Source: Bacteroidia bacterium
GTDB lineage: Bacteria > Bacteroidota > Bacteroidia > B-17B0 > Aurantibacillaceae
Reading direction: 5' to 3'
DNA: 64,000 nucleotides
Assembly: GCA_035405785.1 (NCBI GenBank)
Contig: DAONJS010000007.1
Location: forward strand, 49,620-113,619
Shown: one piece after another, positions 8,861-18,992 of the stretch
Layout of the letters: each line of letters starts with the position of its first letter
Position numbering within the stretch: position 1 is the first letter of the stretch
Position numbers and translations under genes: made by a program
Notes under the pieces: model-generated
What the model was told of the DNA's origin: nothing
What the model saw: only the letters and a program-made list of their open reading frames with translations
The model's database searches: none

Positions 8861-10195
8861 ATGAAGAAATTTTTTGGAATACTAATTTTTGCTTTTACAT
8901 CAGTACTAAATGCTCAAGTATTATTGGATAAAGTAGTGGCTATAGTTGGAAAACATCCTGTTTTATTATCGGAAGTTGAAATGGCATATAAAGAAAAATT
9001 ATCAGAGGATTCTTCTGCAAGTAAATGTTCTGTTTTAGAAGAATTAATGTTTCAAAAATTATTATTGGTTCAGGCAGAAAAAGATAGTGTTACTGTAACA
9101 GATAACGAAGTAGATGCTGAAATTGGAAGAAGATTGGCGTATTATATCAATATGTTTGGAAGTCAGGAAAAATTTGAAGAATTCTATGGCAAAAAAGTGA
9201 ATGTTTTCAAAGATGAAGTAAGACCAAATGTAAAAGACCAACTCATTATTCAAAAAATGCAACAAAAAATTTCAGGAGATATTAAAATTTCGCCAACAGA
9301 AGTAAAACTATTTTACGAAAGTATTCCAAAGGATAGTTTGCCTTTAATTCCCACAGAATACGAATGGTCGCAAATAGTTATTCAACCAAAAGTTTCCGAT
9401 GAAGCAAAAAAATTAGCACGCGAACAATTAGAAAGTTATAGAAAAAGAGTGATAAACGGTGAAAGTATGAGTGTTCTTGCGGCATTGTATAGCGAAGATC
9501 CTGGGTCATCTAAAAATGGCGGAAGATATGATAATGTGGCTCGTGGAATGATGGTGCCCGAATTTGAAGCAGTAGCATTTAGATTAAAACCTGGTGAAGT
9601 TTCGGAGATATTTGAAACACCTTATGGTTATCATTTTATTCAAGTGATTGCAAGGAAAGGAGAACTTGTAGATTTAAGACATATTCTAGTCATTCCAAAA
9701 ATTCAGAATAAAGATATTTTTAAAGCAAAACAAAAAGCAGATAGCATATATGAAGCATTACAATCAGGAAGTATAACTTTTGAAAAAGCCGCTCAACTTT
9801 TTAGTGATGATAAAGATACAAAACAAAATAACGGAACAATGATAAATCCCGCTACTGCATCTGTAAAATGGGAAGTAGAAGACCTTGCAAGATTAGATCA
9901 AAATTTAGTTGTAACTTTTGAAAAAATGAACAAAAACGAAATTTCAAAACCAATGCAATTTATAGCAGATAATAAGCCCGCATACAGAATTGTCAAATTA
10001 AATAATATAACTCCGCCGCACAGAGCCAATTTACAAGATGATTATCAAAAGTTAGCACAATTAGCACAATTAGAAAAACAAAAAAAACTAATCAAAAAAT
10101 GGATAGCACAAAAAAGCCAATCAACTTACATTAAAGTAGATAAAGAAATATATAATTGTAATTTTTCTAACTATTGGAAAATTCCAAATAACTAA
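8861..10195 (+). CDS. SurA-like periplasmic peptidylprolyl isomerase (parvulin/PpiC domain)
   Basis: Signal peptide MKKFFGILIFAFTSVLNAQ. Parvulin motif MVPEFEAVAFRLKPGEVSEIFETPYGYHFIQV. ATG at 8861 preferred over the TTG at 8840. Confidence 0.8.
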   Translation: MKKFFGILIFAFTSVLNAQVLLDKVVAIVGKHPVLLSEVEMAYKEKLSEDSSASKCSVLEELMFQKLLLVQAEKDSVTVTDNEVDAEIGRRLAYYINMFGSQEKFEEFYGKKVNVFKDEVRPNVKDQLIIQKMQQKISGDIKISPTEVKLFYESIPKDSLPLIPTEYEWSQIVIQPKVSDEAKKLAREQLESYRKRVINGESMSVLAALYSEDPGSSKNGGRYDNVARGMMVPEFEAVAFRLKPGEVSEIFETPYGYHFIQVIARKGELVDLRHILVIPKIQNKDIFKAKQKADSIYEALQSGSITFEKAAQLFSDDKDTKQNNGTMINPATASVKWEVEDLARLDQNLVVTFEKMNKNEISKPMQFIADNKPAYRIVKLNNITPPHRANLQDDYQKLAQLAQLEKQKKLIKKWIAQKSQSTYIKVDKEIYNCNFSNYWKIPNN

Positions 10196-10204
10196 AACAA
10201 AATT

Positions 10205-11173
10205 ATGACACCCATTTCAGAAAAAGATTTAGCGATACAATTACACAATGATTATCAAACCCTGAAAAAAGAACTTGCAAAGGTAATTGTTGGTCAGGAT
10301 GAAGTTATTAAAGAAACAATTATTTCCATTTTTTCAAAAGGGCATTGCTTGCTTATTGGCGTTCCTGGTTTAGCAAAAACATTACTTGTAAAAACAATTG
10401 CAGATGCATTAGGATTGCAATTTAGCCGTATTCAATTTACTCCTGACTTAATGCCAAGCGATATTTTAGGTTCTGAAATTTTAAATGAACAAAAACAATT
10501 TCAATTTATTAAAGGTCCTATCTTTGCAAATATTATACTCGCTGACGAAATAAATCGTACACCGCCTAAAACACAATCTGCTCTATTGGAAGCAATGCAA
10601 GAACAACAAGTTACAGTGGCTGGAAAATTATATCCATTGCCACAGCCATTTTTTGTTTTAGCCACTCAAAATCCTATTGAACAAGAAGGAACATATCCAT
10701 TACCCGAAGCCCAGTTAGATAGATTTATGTTCAGTATTCAATTAGATTATCCGAAATTTGAAGAAGAAGTACAAATTGTAAAACAAACTACTACTAATCA
10801 ACAAGCAAGAGTTTCCAAAATTTTTTCTGAACAACAAATTATACAATATCAGGAACTTGTTCGTAAAGTACCTGTAACAGATTTTGTTGTTGAGTATGCA
10901 GTAAAATTGGTTCAACAAACAAGAGATAAGTCTAATAACATAACTAAAAACTGGATAGAGTGGGGAGCAGGTCCAAGAGCATCACAGTACTTAATTATTG
11001 GTGCTAAATGTCATGCACTATTGAATGGTAAATTCAGTCCAGATAGAGAAGATGTAAACGCTGTGGCAAATGCTGTATTACAACATAGAATTGTATTGAA
11101 TTACAAAGCAGAAGCAGAAAGTATTAAGCCCAAAGAAATAATTCAACAACTTATTGATTCAATAAAGTTATAA
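10205..11173 (+). CDS. MoxR-family AAA+ ATPase
   Basis: Walker A GVPGLAKT, Walker B/sensor LADEINRTPPKTQSALLEAMQE, typical ~320 aa length. Confidence 0.9.
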   Translation: MTPISEKDLAIQLHNDYQTLKKELAKVIVGQDEVIKETIISIFSKGHCLLIGVPGLAKTLLVKTIADALGLQFSRIQFTPDLMPSDILGSEILNEQKQFQFIKGPIFANIILADEINRTPPKTQSALLEAMQEQQVTVAGKLYPLPQPFFVLATQNPIEQEGTYPLPEAQLDRFMFSIQLDYPKFEEEVQIVKQTTTNQQARVSKIFSEQQIIQYQELVRKVPVTDFVVEYAVKLVQQTRDKSNNITKNWIEWGAGPRASQYLIIGAKCHALLNGKFSPDREDVNAVANAVLQHRIVLNYKAEAESIKPKEIIQQLIDSIKL

Positions 11174-11219
11174 ATAAAATTTATTGAAAATACTTTAAAT
11201 ATAGATAAAATTTATTATT

Positions 11220-11786
11220 ATGATGATGAATGATGATTGGAAATTAGATGAAGAAGAAAAAAATGAAGCATTAAATGATGATGATAAAGAATTTGATGAT
11301 GAATTTTTATTTGACAACAAACATTTTAATACTTTAGTTGTTCATCAAAAATCTGATGAGAATGCAAATTCAAAGAAACAAGTATTAGATGTAGAAAAAT
11401 TTATTGCATTATATCAAAATCCAAGCGAAAAAAATGAGTTACTTCAATGGTTAAAAGAAAATAATTACAAGACATTGTTAATTGAACAAATTCAAGAAAA
11501 TCAGGATGAAGATATCTTAACAAAATTAGTTTGTGCATATTGGGAAGCAGGATTTGATGATGAAAAGGACTTGATGATTTTTATTCCATTTTTATTATCC
11601 AATAATTTCAATTTAGTTTTAGAAGCCAATAGTGCAATAATGGGTTTAGCACGACCATTTGATGAAACAGACACACAAAAAGCCATTCAAATGATAGAAG
11701 GTGCTTATAATGATTTATCATCAGATACAATAGTTTTAATAGATGAAATTTTAGAATTATTAAAATCTAATTTATCAAACGAATAA
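11220..11786 (+). CDS. Hypothetical acidic protein
   Basis: 188-aa ORF with a D/E-rich N-terminus and a helical C-terminal half. No recognisable motif. Confidence 0.5.
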   Translation: MMMNDDWKLDEEEKNEALNDDDKEFDDEFLFDNKHFNTLVVHQKSDENANSKKQVLDVEKFIALYQNPSEKNELLQWLKENNYKTLLIEQIQENQDEDILTKLVCAYWEAGFDDEKDLMIFIPFLLSNNFNLVLEANSAIMGLARPFDETDTQKAIQMIEGAYNDLSSDTIVLIDEILELLKSNLSNE

Positions 11787-11795
11787 ATTTTTCTT

Positions 11796-12491
11796 GTGAA
11801 AAAAATTACTATTGCTATAGATGGCTATTCAGCAACAGGAAAAAGTACGCTTGCTAAAGGTTTAGCCAAAAAATTAAATTATATTTATGTTGATTCAGGG
11901 GCGATGTATCGTGCTATTGCATTATATGCTATCAGAAATAATATAGCATCAAAAGATAAAATTGATATTCCTAAACTCATTCAATCATTAAAAAATTTAG
12001 ATATTCAATTTAAATTTAACCCTGTAACTTATTCATCAGAGACATATTTGAATGGCGAAAATGTTGAAAAGGAAATTCGCACACCACTCGTATCTGATGT
12101 GGTAAGTAAAATTAGCAGTATAAAAGAAGTTCGTGAGTTTTTAGCAGAAAAACAAAGAGAGTATGGCAAAAATAAAGGTATTGTAATGGATGGTAGAGAT
12201 ATTGGCACTAATATATTCCCTGATGCAGAATTGAAATTATTTGTAATAACAGATTTAGATGTGAGGGTTAAAAGAAGATTAGATGAATTGCATAGCAAAG
12301 GCATTTATGCAACAGAAGATGAAGTCAAAAAAAATTTATTAGAAAGAGATTATTTAGACATTCATCGTAAAGAAAATCCATTGATTCAGGCAAAAGATGC
12401 TATTTTATTAGATACAACAGATCTTGATAGAGATCAACAATTAGAATATGTATTGAAATTGATAAATGATTTAAAACTATTGAAAGATTAG
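11796..12491 (+). CDS. cmk: Cytidylate kinase
   Basis: IAIDGYSATGKSTLAKGLAKKL P-loop, then VDSGAMYRA. GTG start. Confidence 0.9.
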   Translation: MKKITIAIDGYSATGKSTLAKGLAKKLNYIYVDSGAMYRAIALYAIRNNIASKDKIDIPKLIQSLKNLDIQFKFNPVTYSSETYLNGENVEKEIRTPLVSDVVSKISSIKEVREFLAEKQREYGKNKGIVMDGRDIGTNIFPDAELKLFVITDLDVRVKRRLDELHSKGIYATEDEVKKNLLERDYLDIHRKENPLIQAKDAILLDTTDLDRDQQLEYVLKLINDLKLLKD

Positions 12492-12693
12492 TTTTGATTT
12501 AATAGATTAGTAGAATTTTGTGTTTTTTTCGTAGTTTAAATTTTCACAACAAAAGTAGGTAGAAGTAAAAAATTTCATTTTCTTTGAAAAAACAATGATT
12601 TTCTAATTCATAATAAATGAATTATATTTACCAAAATTATACTTTTACATAAACCATTTTATCCTTAAATTGCTCGCCAATAAAAAATAAAAA

Positions 12694-14778
12694 ATGTCTG
12701 ATACAATAATGTTTGTAAAAACTAAAATACCAGTTGAAACACTTGTAAAAGCATATCGTTTAATGTATACTGCCAAAACAATGGCGGATGTTTATGAGCA
12801 AAAAAAAGATATTGCTTCTAAATATGTGCATGCTACATCTCGTGGACACGAAGCCATTCAAATAGCCACAGGAATGCAATTGTTGCCATGTGATTATGCT
12901 TTTCCATATTATCGTGATGATGCTATGCTTTTAGCAATTGGACTTTCACCTTATGAGTTAATGCTTCAATTGCTTGCTAAAAAAGACGATCCTTTTTCTG
13001 GTGGAAGAACTTATTATTCTCATCCATCATTAAGAAGAGATGATTTTCCTAAAATCCCTCATCAAAGTAGTGCTACTGGAATGCAAGCCATTCCTGCAAC
13101 TGGTGTGGCAATGGGTTTTTGGTATCAGGAAAAACAAGGAATTTCAAATGAATATGAAGGTCAAAAGCCAATAGTAGTTTGCTCATTAGGCGATGGAAGT
13201 TGCACAGAAGGTGAAGTTTCCGAAGCGTTTCAAATGGCAGTATTAAAAAAACTTCCGATTTTGTATTTAGTTCAGGATAATGGATGGGATATTTCTGCTT
13301 CTGCTGATGAAGTGAGGGCACAAGATATTTCTGAATATGTGAAAGGATTAAATGGTCTTGAAACCAAAAAAATTGATGGCACTGATTTTATATTATCATA
13401 CAATACATTAAAAGAATGTATTCAAACAATAAGAACAGAAAGGCGTCCAATGCTCATTCATGCCAAAGTACCTTTATTAAATCATCACACATCCGGAATA
13501 AGAAAAGAATGGTATAGAGATGATTTAGAAGAAGCACAAAAAAAAGATCCATTGCCAAAATTAAGAAAACAATTGATTATTCATGGCGTAGATGAAAAAG
13601 AAATTTTAGAAATTGAACAATCAATAGAACAACAAGTTTGGAATGATTTTAATAAAGCACTTGAAGCGCCAGATCCTACACCTGAAGATGCGACAACTCA
13701 TATTTTTGCACCAACACCTATTACAGAAGAAAAAGGTGAAAGAGAACCAAAAGGCAAGCAAAAAGTAGTAATGGTAGATTGTGCATTATTTGCTATTCGT
13801 GAGTTGATGGAAAAACATCAAGAATGCTTATTGTATGGACAAGATGTGGGAAAAAGGTTAGGCGGTGTATTTCGTGAAGCCGCTACATTAGCACAAAAAT
13901 TTGGTGATCACAGAGTATTTAATACACCTATTCAGGAAGCATTTATTGTGGGTTCTACAGTTGGTATGAGTGCAGTAGGTTTGAAGCCAATTGTGGAAGT
14001 ACAATTTGCGGATTATATATGGCCGGGCTTAAATCAATTATTCACAGAAGTTAGCAGATCATATTATTTAAGTAATGGCAAATGGCCAGTAAGTATGATT
14101 TTAAGAGTGCCAATTGGTGCTTATGGAAGTGGTGGTCCTTATCATAGCAGTAGTGTAGAGAGTGTTCTTACAAATATCAAAGGAATAAAGATTGCGTATC
14201 CAAGCAATGCCGCTGATTTGAAAGGATTATTAAAATCCGCTTATTATGATCCTAATCCTTGTGTTATTCTTGAACACAAAGGTTTGTATTGGAGTAAAGT
14301 AAAAGGTACCGAAGATGCTAAAACTATTGAGCCCGATGAAAATTATGTTATTCCATTTGGAAAAGCTCGTTTTGTTCAATATGCAAATGAGAATCAAATT
14401 AACACAGGTAATGCAGTATTGATTATTACTTATGGAATGGGTGTTTATTGGGCAAAGTCTGCTTCTTCAGATATAAAAGATAGAGTTAGTATTTTAGATT
14501 TGAGAACATTGTATCCATTAGATGAAGAAAAAATATTTGAAGAGAGTAAAAAACATCATAGAATAATTGTATTAACAGAAGAAGCAAAAAGTAATAGTTT
14601 TGCACAAAGTATTGCAGGCAGAATTGTAGAAAATTGTTTTGAGTATTTAGATGCACCGGTGAAAGTTGTTGGTGCTCTTGATACACCGGCTATTCCACTT
14701 AATGAAATATTAGAAAAAACCGTATTACCAAATGCTGAAAAAGTTAGAAAAGTAATTGATGAGATATTGAGGTATTAA
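12694..14778 (+). CDS. 2-oxoacid dehydrogenase E1 component, fused alpha-beta subunits (TPP-dependent)
   Basis: Alpha-type TPP motif GDGSCTEGEVSEAFQMA...QDNGW. Beta-type segment VFNTPIQEAFIVGSTVGMSAVGLKPIVEVQFADYIWP. Confidence 0.85.
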   Translation: MSDTIMFVKTKIPVETLVKAYRLMYTAKTMADVYEQKKDIASKYVHATSRGHEAIQIATGMQLLPCDYAFPYYRDDAMLLAIGLSPYELMLQLLAKKDDPFSGGRTYYSHPSLRRDDFPKIPHQSSATGMQAIPATGVAMGFWYQEKQGISNEYEGQKPIVVCSLGDGSCTEGEVSEAFQMAVLKKLPILYLVQDNGWDISASADEVRAQDISEYVKGLNGLETKKIDGTDFILSYNTLKECIQTIRTERRPMLIHAKVPLLNHHTSGIRKEWYRDDLEEAQKKDPLPKLRKQLIIHGVDEKEILEIEQSIEQQVWNDFNKALEAPDPTPEDATTHIFAPTPITEEKGEREPKGKQKVVMVDCALFAIRELMEKHQECLLYGQDVGKRLGGVFREAATLAQKFGDHRVFNTPIQEAFIVGSTVGMSAVGLKPIVEVQFADYIWPGLNQLFTEVSRSYYLSNGKWPVSMILRVPIGAYGSGGPYHSSSVESVLTNIKGIKIAYPSNAADLKGLLKSAYYDPNPCVILEHKGLYWSKVKGTEDAKTIEPDENYVIPFGKARFVQYANENQINTGNAVLIITYGMGVYWAKSASSDIKDRVSILDLRTLYPLDEEKIFEESKKHHRIIVLTEEAKSNSFAQSIAGRIVENCFEYLDAPVKVVGALDTPAIPLNEILEKTVLPNAEKVRKVIDEILRY

Positions 14779-14779
14779 A

Positions 14780-16141
14780 TTAAGAATATTGAATTGATTC
14801 TATTTCTTCTTTTGTTAAGTTTGAAAATGTTCCTGAACTCATTAGTAATAAAACTTTATTTTTTATTCCAATAGATTTAAACACTTTCAGTAAATCATCT
14901 TTATTAGTACAAACTTTAATTTCTTTATCATTAAATGTAGAAAGTATAGTAGATGGATGAAGCGGAGGCATTTTTTTGATTTCTAATGTATGAGCGTCGT
15001 AATAAACAATTTTATAGTGTGCCTTTGTAAAAACATTTTTGTATTCGGATAAAAATTTTTCATTTAAACTACTGTAAGTATGTAATTCAAATGCAGCAAT
15101 TATTTCTTTATCTGGATATAATTCTAAAACAGCATCAATAGTGGCTTTTACTTTTGAAGGAGCATGAGCAAAATCTCTAAATACAATTAAATTATCTTTA
15201 TCAATCCATCTTTCTAATCTTTTAGCAGCTCCTGTAAAATCAGAAATACTTTCTAAAAATGTTTTGTTATCAATTCCAATTTTTGAACATACTAATTTTG
15301 CGGCTTCTAAATTTTGTAAATTATGTTTTCCAAAAATCTGCAATGGATATTTATTGGTATTATGTGAAATAAATACTTTTCCATTTTCTATAGAGTAATC
15401 AGGCAATTCATAAGGCAGATATTCAAGATCAATTCTTCCACATTTTTCAACAAGAGTACGAACTTCACTATCTAAATTGTTGTATATGATTGTTCCACCT
15501 TTTTCAATAGATTGAATGAATTGTGCAAAAGCATTTTTGTAACTATCAAAGGTAGGGAAAACATTAATATGATCCCACGCAATGCCGCTAATAACAGCAA
15601 TGTGTGGCTTATAGATTAAAAACTTTGGTCTTTCATCAATAGGTGAAGCAAGATATTCATCGCCTTCTGCAACTAAGATTGGATTGTCATTTGTAATTTT
15701 AACCATTGTATCATAGCCCTGAATTTGAGCTCCTACAAGATAATCAGCAGGAGTAGAAGTTTTTTTTAATACATGTAAAATCATTGATGTAATGGTTGTT
15801 TTACCATGACTGCCACCTATTACGATTCTTTTTTTATTGATGCTGTTTTGATAAATAAATTCTGGGTAAGAATAAATTTTTAAACCTAATTCCTGAGCTT
15901 TTTTTAATTCGGGATTATCTTTTCTGGCATGCATTCCAAGTATTACAATATCAATATCTTTAGTGATATTTTCAGGGTACCAACCTAATTTTTCCGGTAA
16001 AAGTTGATGCTTTTTTAGACGAGATAAAGATGGTTCGTGAATATCATCGTCACTTCCTGAAACTTTATGACCATTGTTTTTTAAATCAATAGCAAGGTTG
16101 TGCATTATACTTCCACCAATAGCAATAATATGTATTTTCAT
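14780..16141 (-). CDS. mpl: UDP-N-acetylmuramate:L-alanyl-gamma-D-glutamyl-meso-DAP ligase (murein peptide ligase)
   Basis: MKIHIIAIGGSIMHNLAIDLKNNGHKVSGSD N-terminus and Mur ligase P-loop GGSHGKTTITSM. Confidence 0.85.
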   Translation of the reverse strand: MKIHIIAIGGSIMHNLAIDLKNNGHKVSGSDDDIHEPSLSRLKKHQLLPEKLGWYPENITKDIDIVILGMHARKDNPELKKAQELGLKIYSYPEFIYQNSINKKRIVIGGSHGKTTITSMILHVLKKTSTPADYLVGAQIQGYDTMVKITNDNPILVAEGDEYLASPIDERPKFLIYKPHIAVISGIAWDHINVFPTFDSYKNAFAQFIQSIEKGGTIIYNNLDSEVRTLVEKCGRIDLEYLPYELPDYSIENGKVFISHNTNKYPLQIFGKHNLQNLEAAKLVCSKIGIDNKTFLESISDFTGAAKRLERWIDKDNLIVFRDFAHAPSKVKATIDAVLELYPDKEIIAAFELHTYSSLNEKFLSEYKNVFTKAHYKIVYYDAHTLEIKKMPPLHPSTILSTFNDKEIKVCTNKDDLLKVFKSIGIKNKVLLLMSSGTFSNLTKEEIESIQYS

Positions 16142-16285
16142 TTGAAATTATTTTTAATTGTTTTAGGATAGATGGAACTACTTGATTGAGAACTACAGAA
16201 GGAAATGCATTCCTCTTTGTGTTTGTTCGCAATCATATTCGTTTCAATTGAATGATTTTTATGCAGACAAAATAATTTTTTAATA

Positions 16286-18046
16286 CTAAAATTTAATACC
16301 AATAACAAGAATATCATCTATTTGTTCAAGATCACCTTTCCACTCTAAAAATTTCTTTTCAAGTATAAATTTTTGATGTTCAATTGGCCATTTAGACGCT
16401 TCTAATAGTATATTGTAAAAGTTTTTCTTGTATAATTTTTTACCTTTTGGTCCGCCAAATTGGTCAGCATATCCATCAGAAAACATATAAATAATATCTC
16501 CTTTTTCTACTTGAATAAAATGATTTGTAAATTTATTGATAACATCAGTATATTTTCCAATAGGAAATCTATCTCCTCCTAAAATATGAATTTCATTTTT
16601 CTTAACGAGACAAATTGGATTCATTGCAGTAGCATATTCAATTTGGTTTGTATTTTTATTGATAGCAATAAAAGACAAATCCATTCCGTCTTTGGTATCA
16701 GTTTGTTCGCTATGTAATGTTTGTGCTATACGAATATTTAGTTCATCTAAAATTTCAGCAGGATGAATAAGTGAAGTATTGTTGATAATATCTTTTAATA
16801 AATTTGAACCTATTATACTCATAAATGCACCAGGCACTCCGTGTCCTGTACAATCCACAGCGGCTACATATATATAATCATTTTTTTGTTCAATCCAGTA
16901 AAAATCACCACTTACTATATCTTTTGGTTTATATAGAATAAAAGAATCAGGTAATAATTTTTGAAAATATTTTAATGGTGGTAAAATGGCTTCTTGAATT
17001 CTTTTAGCATATTTGATACTATCAGTTACTTGTGTAAAAAGATATTCGATTTCTTTTTTTTGTCTTACAACTTCTTCTGTTCTTTCAATAACTTTTTGTT
17101 CCAATACTCTTTCATTTTCTGCCAATTCGTCTCTCATTCGGATGAGTGCGTGCCCTAATGTATCATGCTCGCTTAATGGTTGAAAAAGGGCATCAAAGTT
17201 CCCAGCACCAGTTTGTTTGGCAAACTCAGTAGTTCTTTCAAATGAATTGATAAGGATATTTAATGCTCTTCCCATTTCACCTATTTCATCTTGTCTATCA
17301 GGAAATCTTTCTTGTGGAATAATTCCTTTACCCATTTTTAGAAGTAAATTTTTAAGTTGCATAATTGGTACTACGATTGAACGAATAGTAAAATATGCAA
17401 TGATGATTCCACCAATTACTAAAATTAGTCCTAATAGCTTAACGATGGTTTCAAGAAAGTTAATAGATTGAAACATTTGTTGTTTTACGGTATCTGCTTC
17501 CTGTGTTTTCTTACTGATAAGAATATTAAGTTTTTTAGAAATCATATCTACACTTGATTCTGCATCTTCTAATGCAAACTTTGCAGGATACATTATACTT
17601 GGATCATCATATGATTCTAAAGAATTTAATTTATCCATTATCTCTCTTTGATACAAAGCAAATGTAGCTTCAGTTTTCTTTAAGATAGCTTGAAGTTCAG
17701 AAGAATCTGTTTTGTTCCACGCCTTTGAAATGTCATTAAGACGCTTTTTGCTTTGAGAATATTCTTTTGTAATTAATAATTTTAATTCATCTCTGAATTC
17801 TGAGTTATCTGTAACCGATCTGGAATAATACCATTTTGCAATGAGAGTTTTTGATTTTTGTAGTAAAAGATTAAAATCTTTTAATTCATTCAAACTTGGA
17901 ATAACTTGTTCAACTACTATATCTGTTTTTTTTCTGGTATCTTTCAGTACAGCAAAAGTATAAACAAATGCAACAAGTGTTAAAAGTATAAATGAACCAA
18001 ATCCTCCGGCAATGCGAGTAGTTATATTTAATCTTATTTTAAACAT
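16286..18046 (-). CDS. Membrane sensor with HAMP domain and PP2C/SpoIIE-type phosphatase output
   Basis: N-terminal TM, ~170-aa extracytoplasmic region, second TM, HAMP (DEIGEMGRALNILINSF), coiled coil, then SpoIIE motifs GDFYW...AAVDCTGHGVPGAFMS...DGMDLS...FSDGYADQFG. Confidence 0.8.
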   Translation of the reverse strand: MFKIRLNITTRIAGGFGSFILLTLVAFVYTFAVLKDTRKKTDIVVEQVIPSLNELKDFNLLLQKSKTLIAKWYYSRSVTDNSEFRDELKLLITKEYSQSKKRLNDISKAWNKTDSSELQAILKKTEATFALYQREIMDKLNSLESYDDPSIMYPAKFALEDAESSVDMISKKLNILISKKTQEADTVKQQMFQSINFLETIVKLLGLILVIGGIIIAYFTIRSIVVPIMQLKNLLLKMGKGIIPQERFPDRQDEIGEMGRALNILINSFERTTEFAKQTGAGNFDALFQPLSEHDTLGHALIRMRDELAENERVLEQKVIERTEEVVRQKKEIEYLFTQVTDSIKYAKRIQEAILPPLKYFQKLLPDSFILYKPKDIVSGDFYWIEQKNDYIYVAAVDCTGHGVPGAFMSIIGSNLLKDIINNTSLIHPAEILDELNIRIAQTLHSEQTDTKDGMDLSFIAINKNTNQIEYATAMNPICLVKKNEIHILGGDRFPIGKYTDVINKFTNHFIQVEKGDIIYMFSDGYADQFGGPKGKKLYKKNFYNILLEASKWPIEHQKFILEKKFLEWKGDLEQIDDILVIGIKF

Positions 18047-18050
18047 TTTT

Positions 18051-18983
18051 TTATTTTTGTTGATCCTTTTTGATTTGGTCTAATTTTTTCTTAAACTCAA
18101 TGTATTTGTCATGGTCATGCAATGCTTCATAAATACCTGTTAGCCCTTCAATCACTTTTTCATCATCTTTGTTAAGTTCGAAAGCTTTTTGCATATAAGG
18201 CAATGCTTGTTTGAAGTATTTTGCAGCATTTTCTTGTATTTGAAATGTTTCTTCTATTGAAATATCATAAGACATATCTTTAATAAGTTTAGCACCTAAA
18301 TTATAGTAAGCAAAAGCTAAACCTTTTAGAGCACTGATATTATTGGGGTCTAAATCTAATACTTTACTAAAAGTAATTTTGGCTATATCAATATATTTAT
18401 TAAACACATCTGGTAAAACTTCACTTTTTGATGATTCTAATTCTTTTTTTGCTCTTGTAACAAATTCACCGCCTACACTTAAGTAAAACTCGATGTCTTT
18501 TTCTTTGAAATCAGTTCCCGGGTAAATTTCTTGATAGTATTTTTTATAGTTATTGTATAATTGGAGGCATATTTCATAATTCAATGAATCATATAAATAG
18601 TATTTGATTTGATTATAATAACTTTGAGCAATTGCTAACATTACTTGTTTGTTTTGGGTTTCCATTTCGGCATCAGGAGAAAGCGATCTGGATTTTTCAA
18701 TAGATTTTATGGCTTCATTTCGGTAAGGAGAATTAAATAATCTTAGTTCATAATTTCTATAATACTGATAATAAACAGACGCTCTAATTGTCCAAGCACC
18801 AGGTTCGTCTTTAGTTTCAGGGTGAATGATTACGCTATCAATTTTTGATTTGGCACAAGTAAGATCTTTATTTTTATAGCATTCAAATGCTTCCAATAAC
18901 TTGTTAACCTGAGCATTGGAAACATAGCATTGCCACCCAATTAGCAGGATGAGCAAAATCTTTATTTTAAAACTACTATTCAT
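18051..18983 (-). CDS. Secreted TPR-like repeat protein
   Basis: Signal peptide, then helical repeats with A/Y/L spacing typical of TPR (ALKGLAFAYYNLG, AAKYFKQALPYMQKAFELN). Confidence 0.6.
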   Translation of the reverse strand: MNSSFKIKILLILLIGWQCYVSNAQVNKLLEAFECYKNKDLTCAKSKIDSVIIHPETKDEPGAWTIRASVYYQYYRNYELRLFNSPYRNEAIKSIEKSRSLSPDAEMETQNKQVMLAIAQSYYNQIKYYLYDSLNYEICLQLYNNYKKYYQEIYPGTDFKEKDIEFYLSVGGEFVTRAKKELESSKSEVLPDVFNKYIDIAKITFSKVLDLDPNNISALKGLAFAYYNLGAKLIKDMSYDISIEETFQIQENAAKYFKQALPYMQKAFELNKDDEKVIEGLTGIYEALHDHDKYIEFKKKLDQIKKDQQK

Positions 18984-18992
18984 TGTTTTTAT

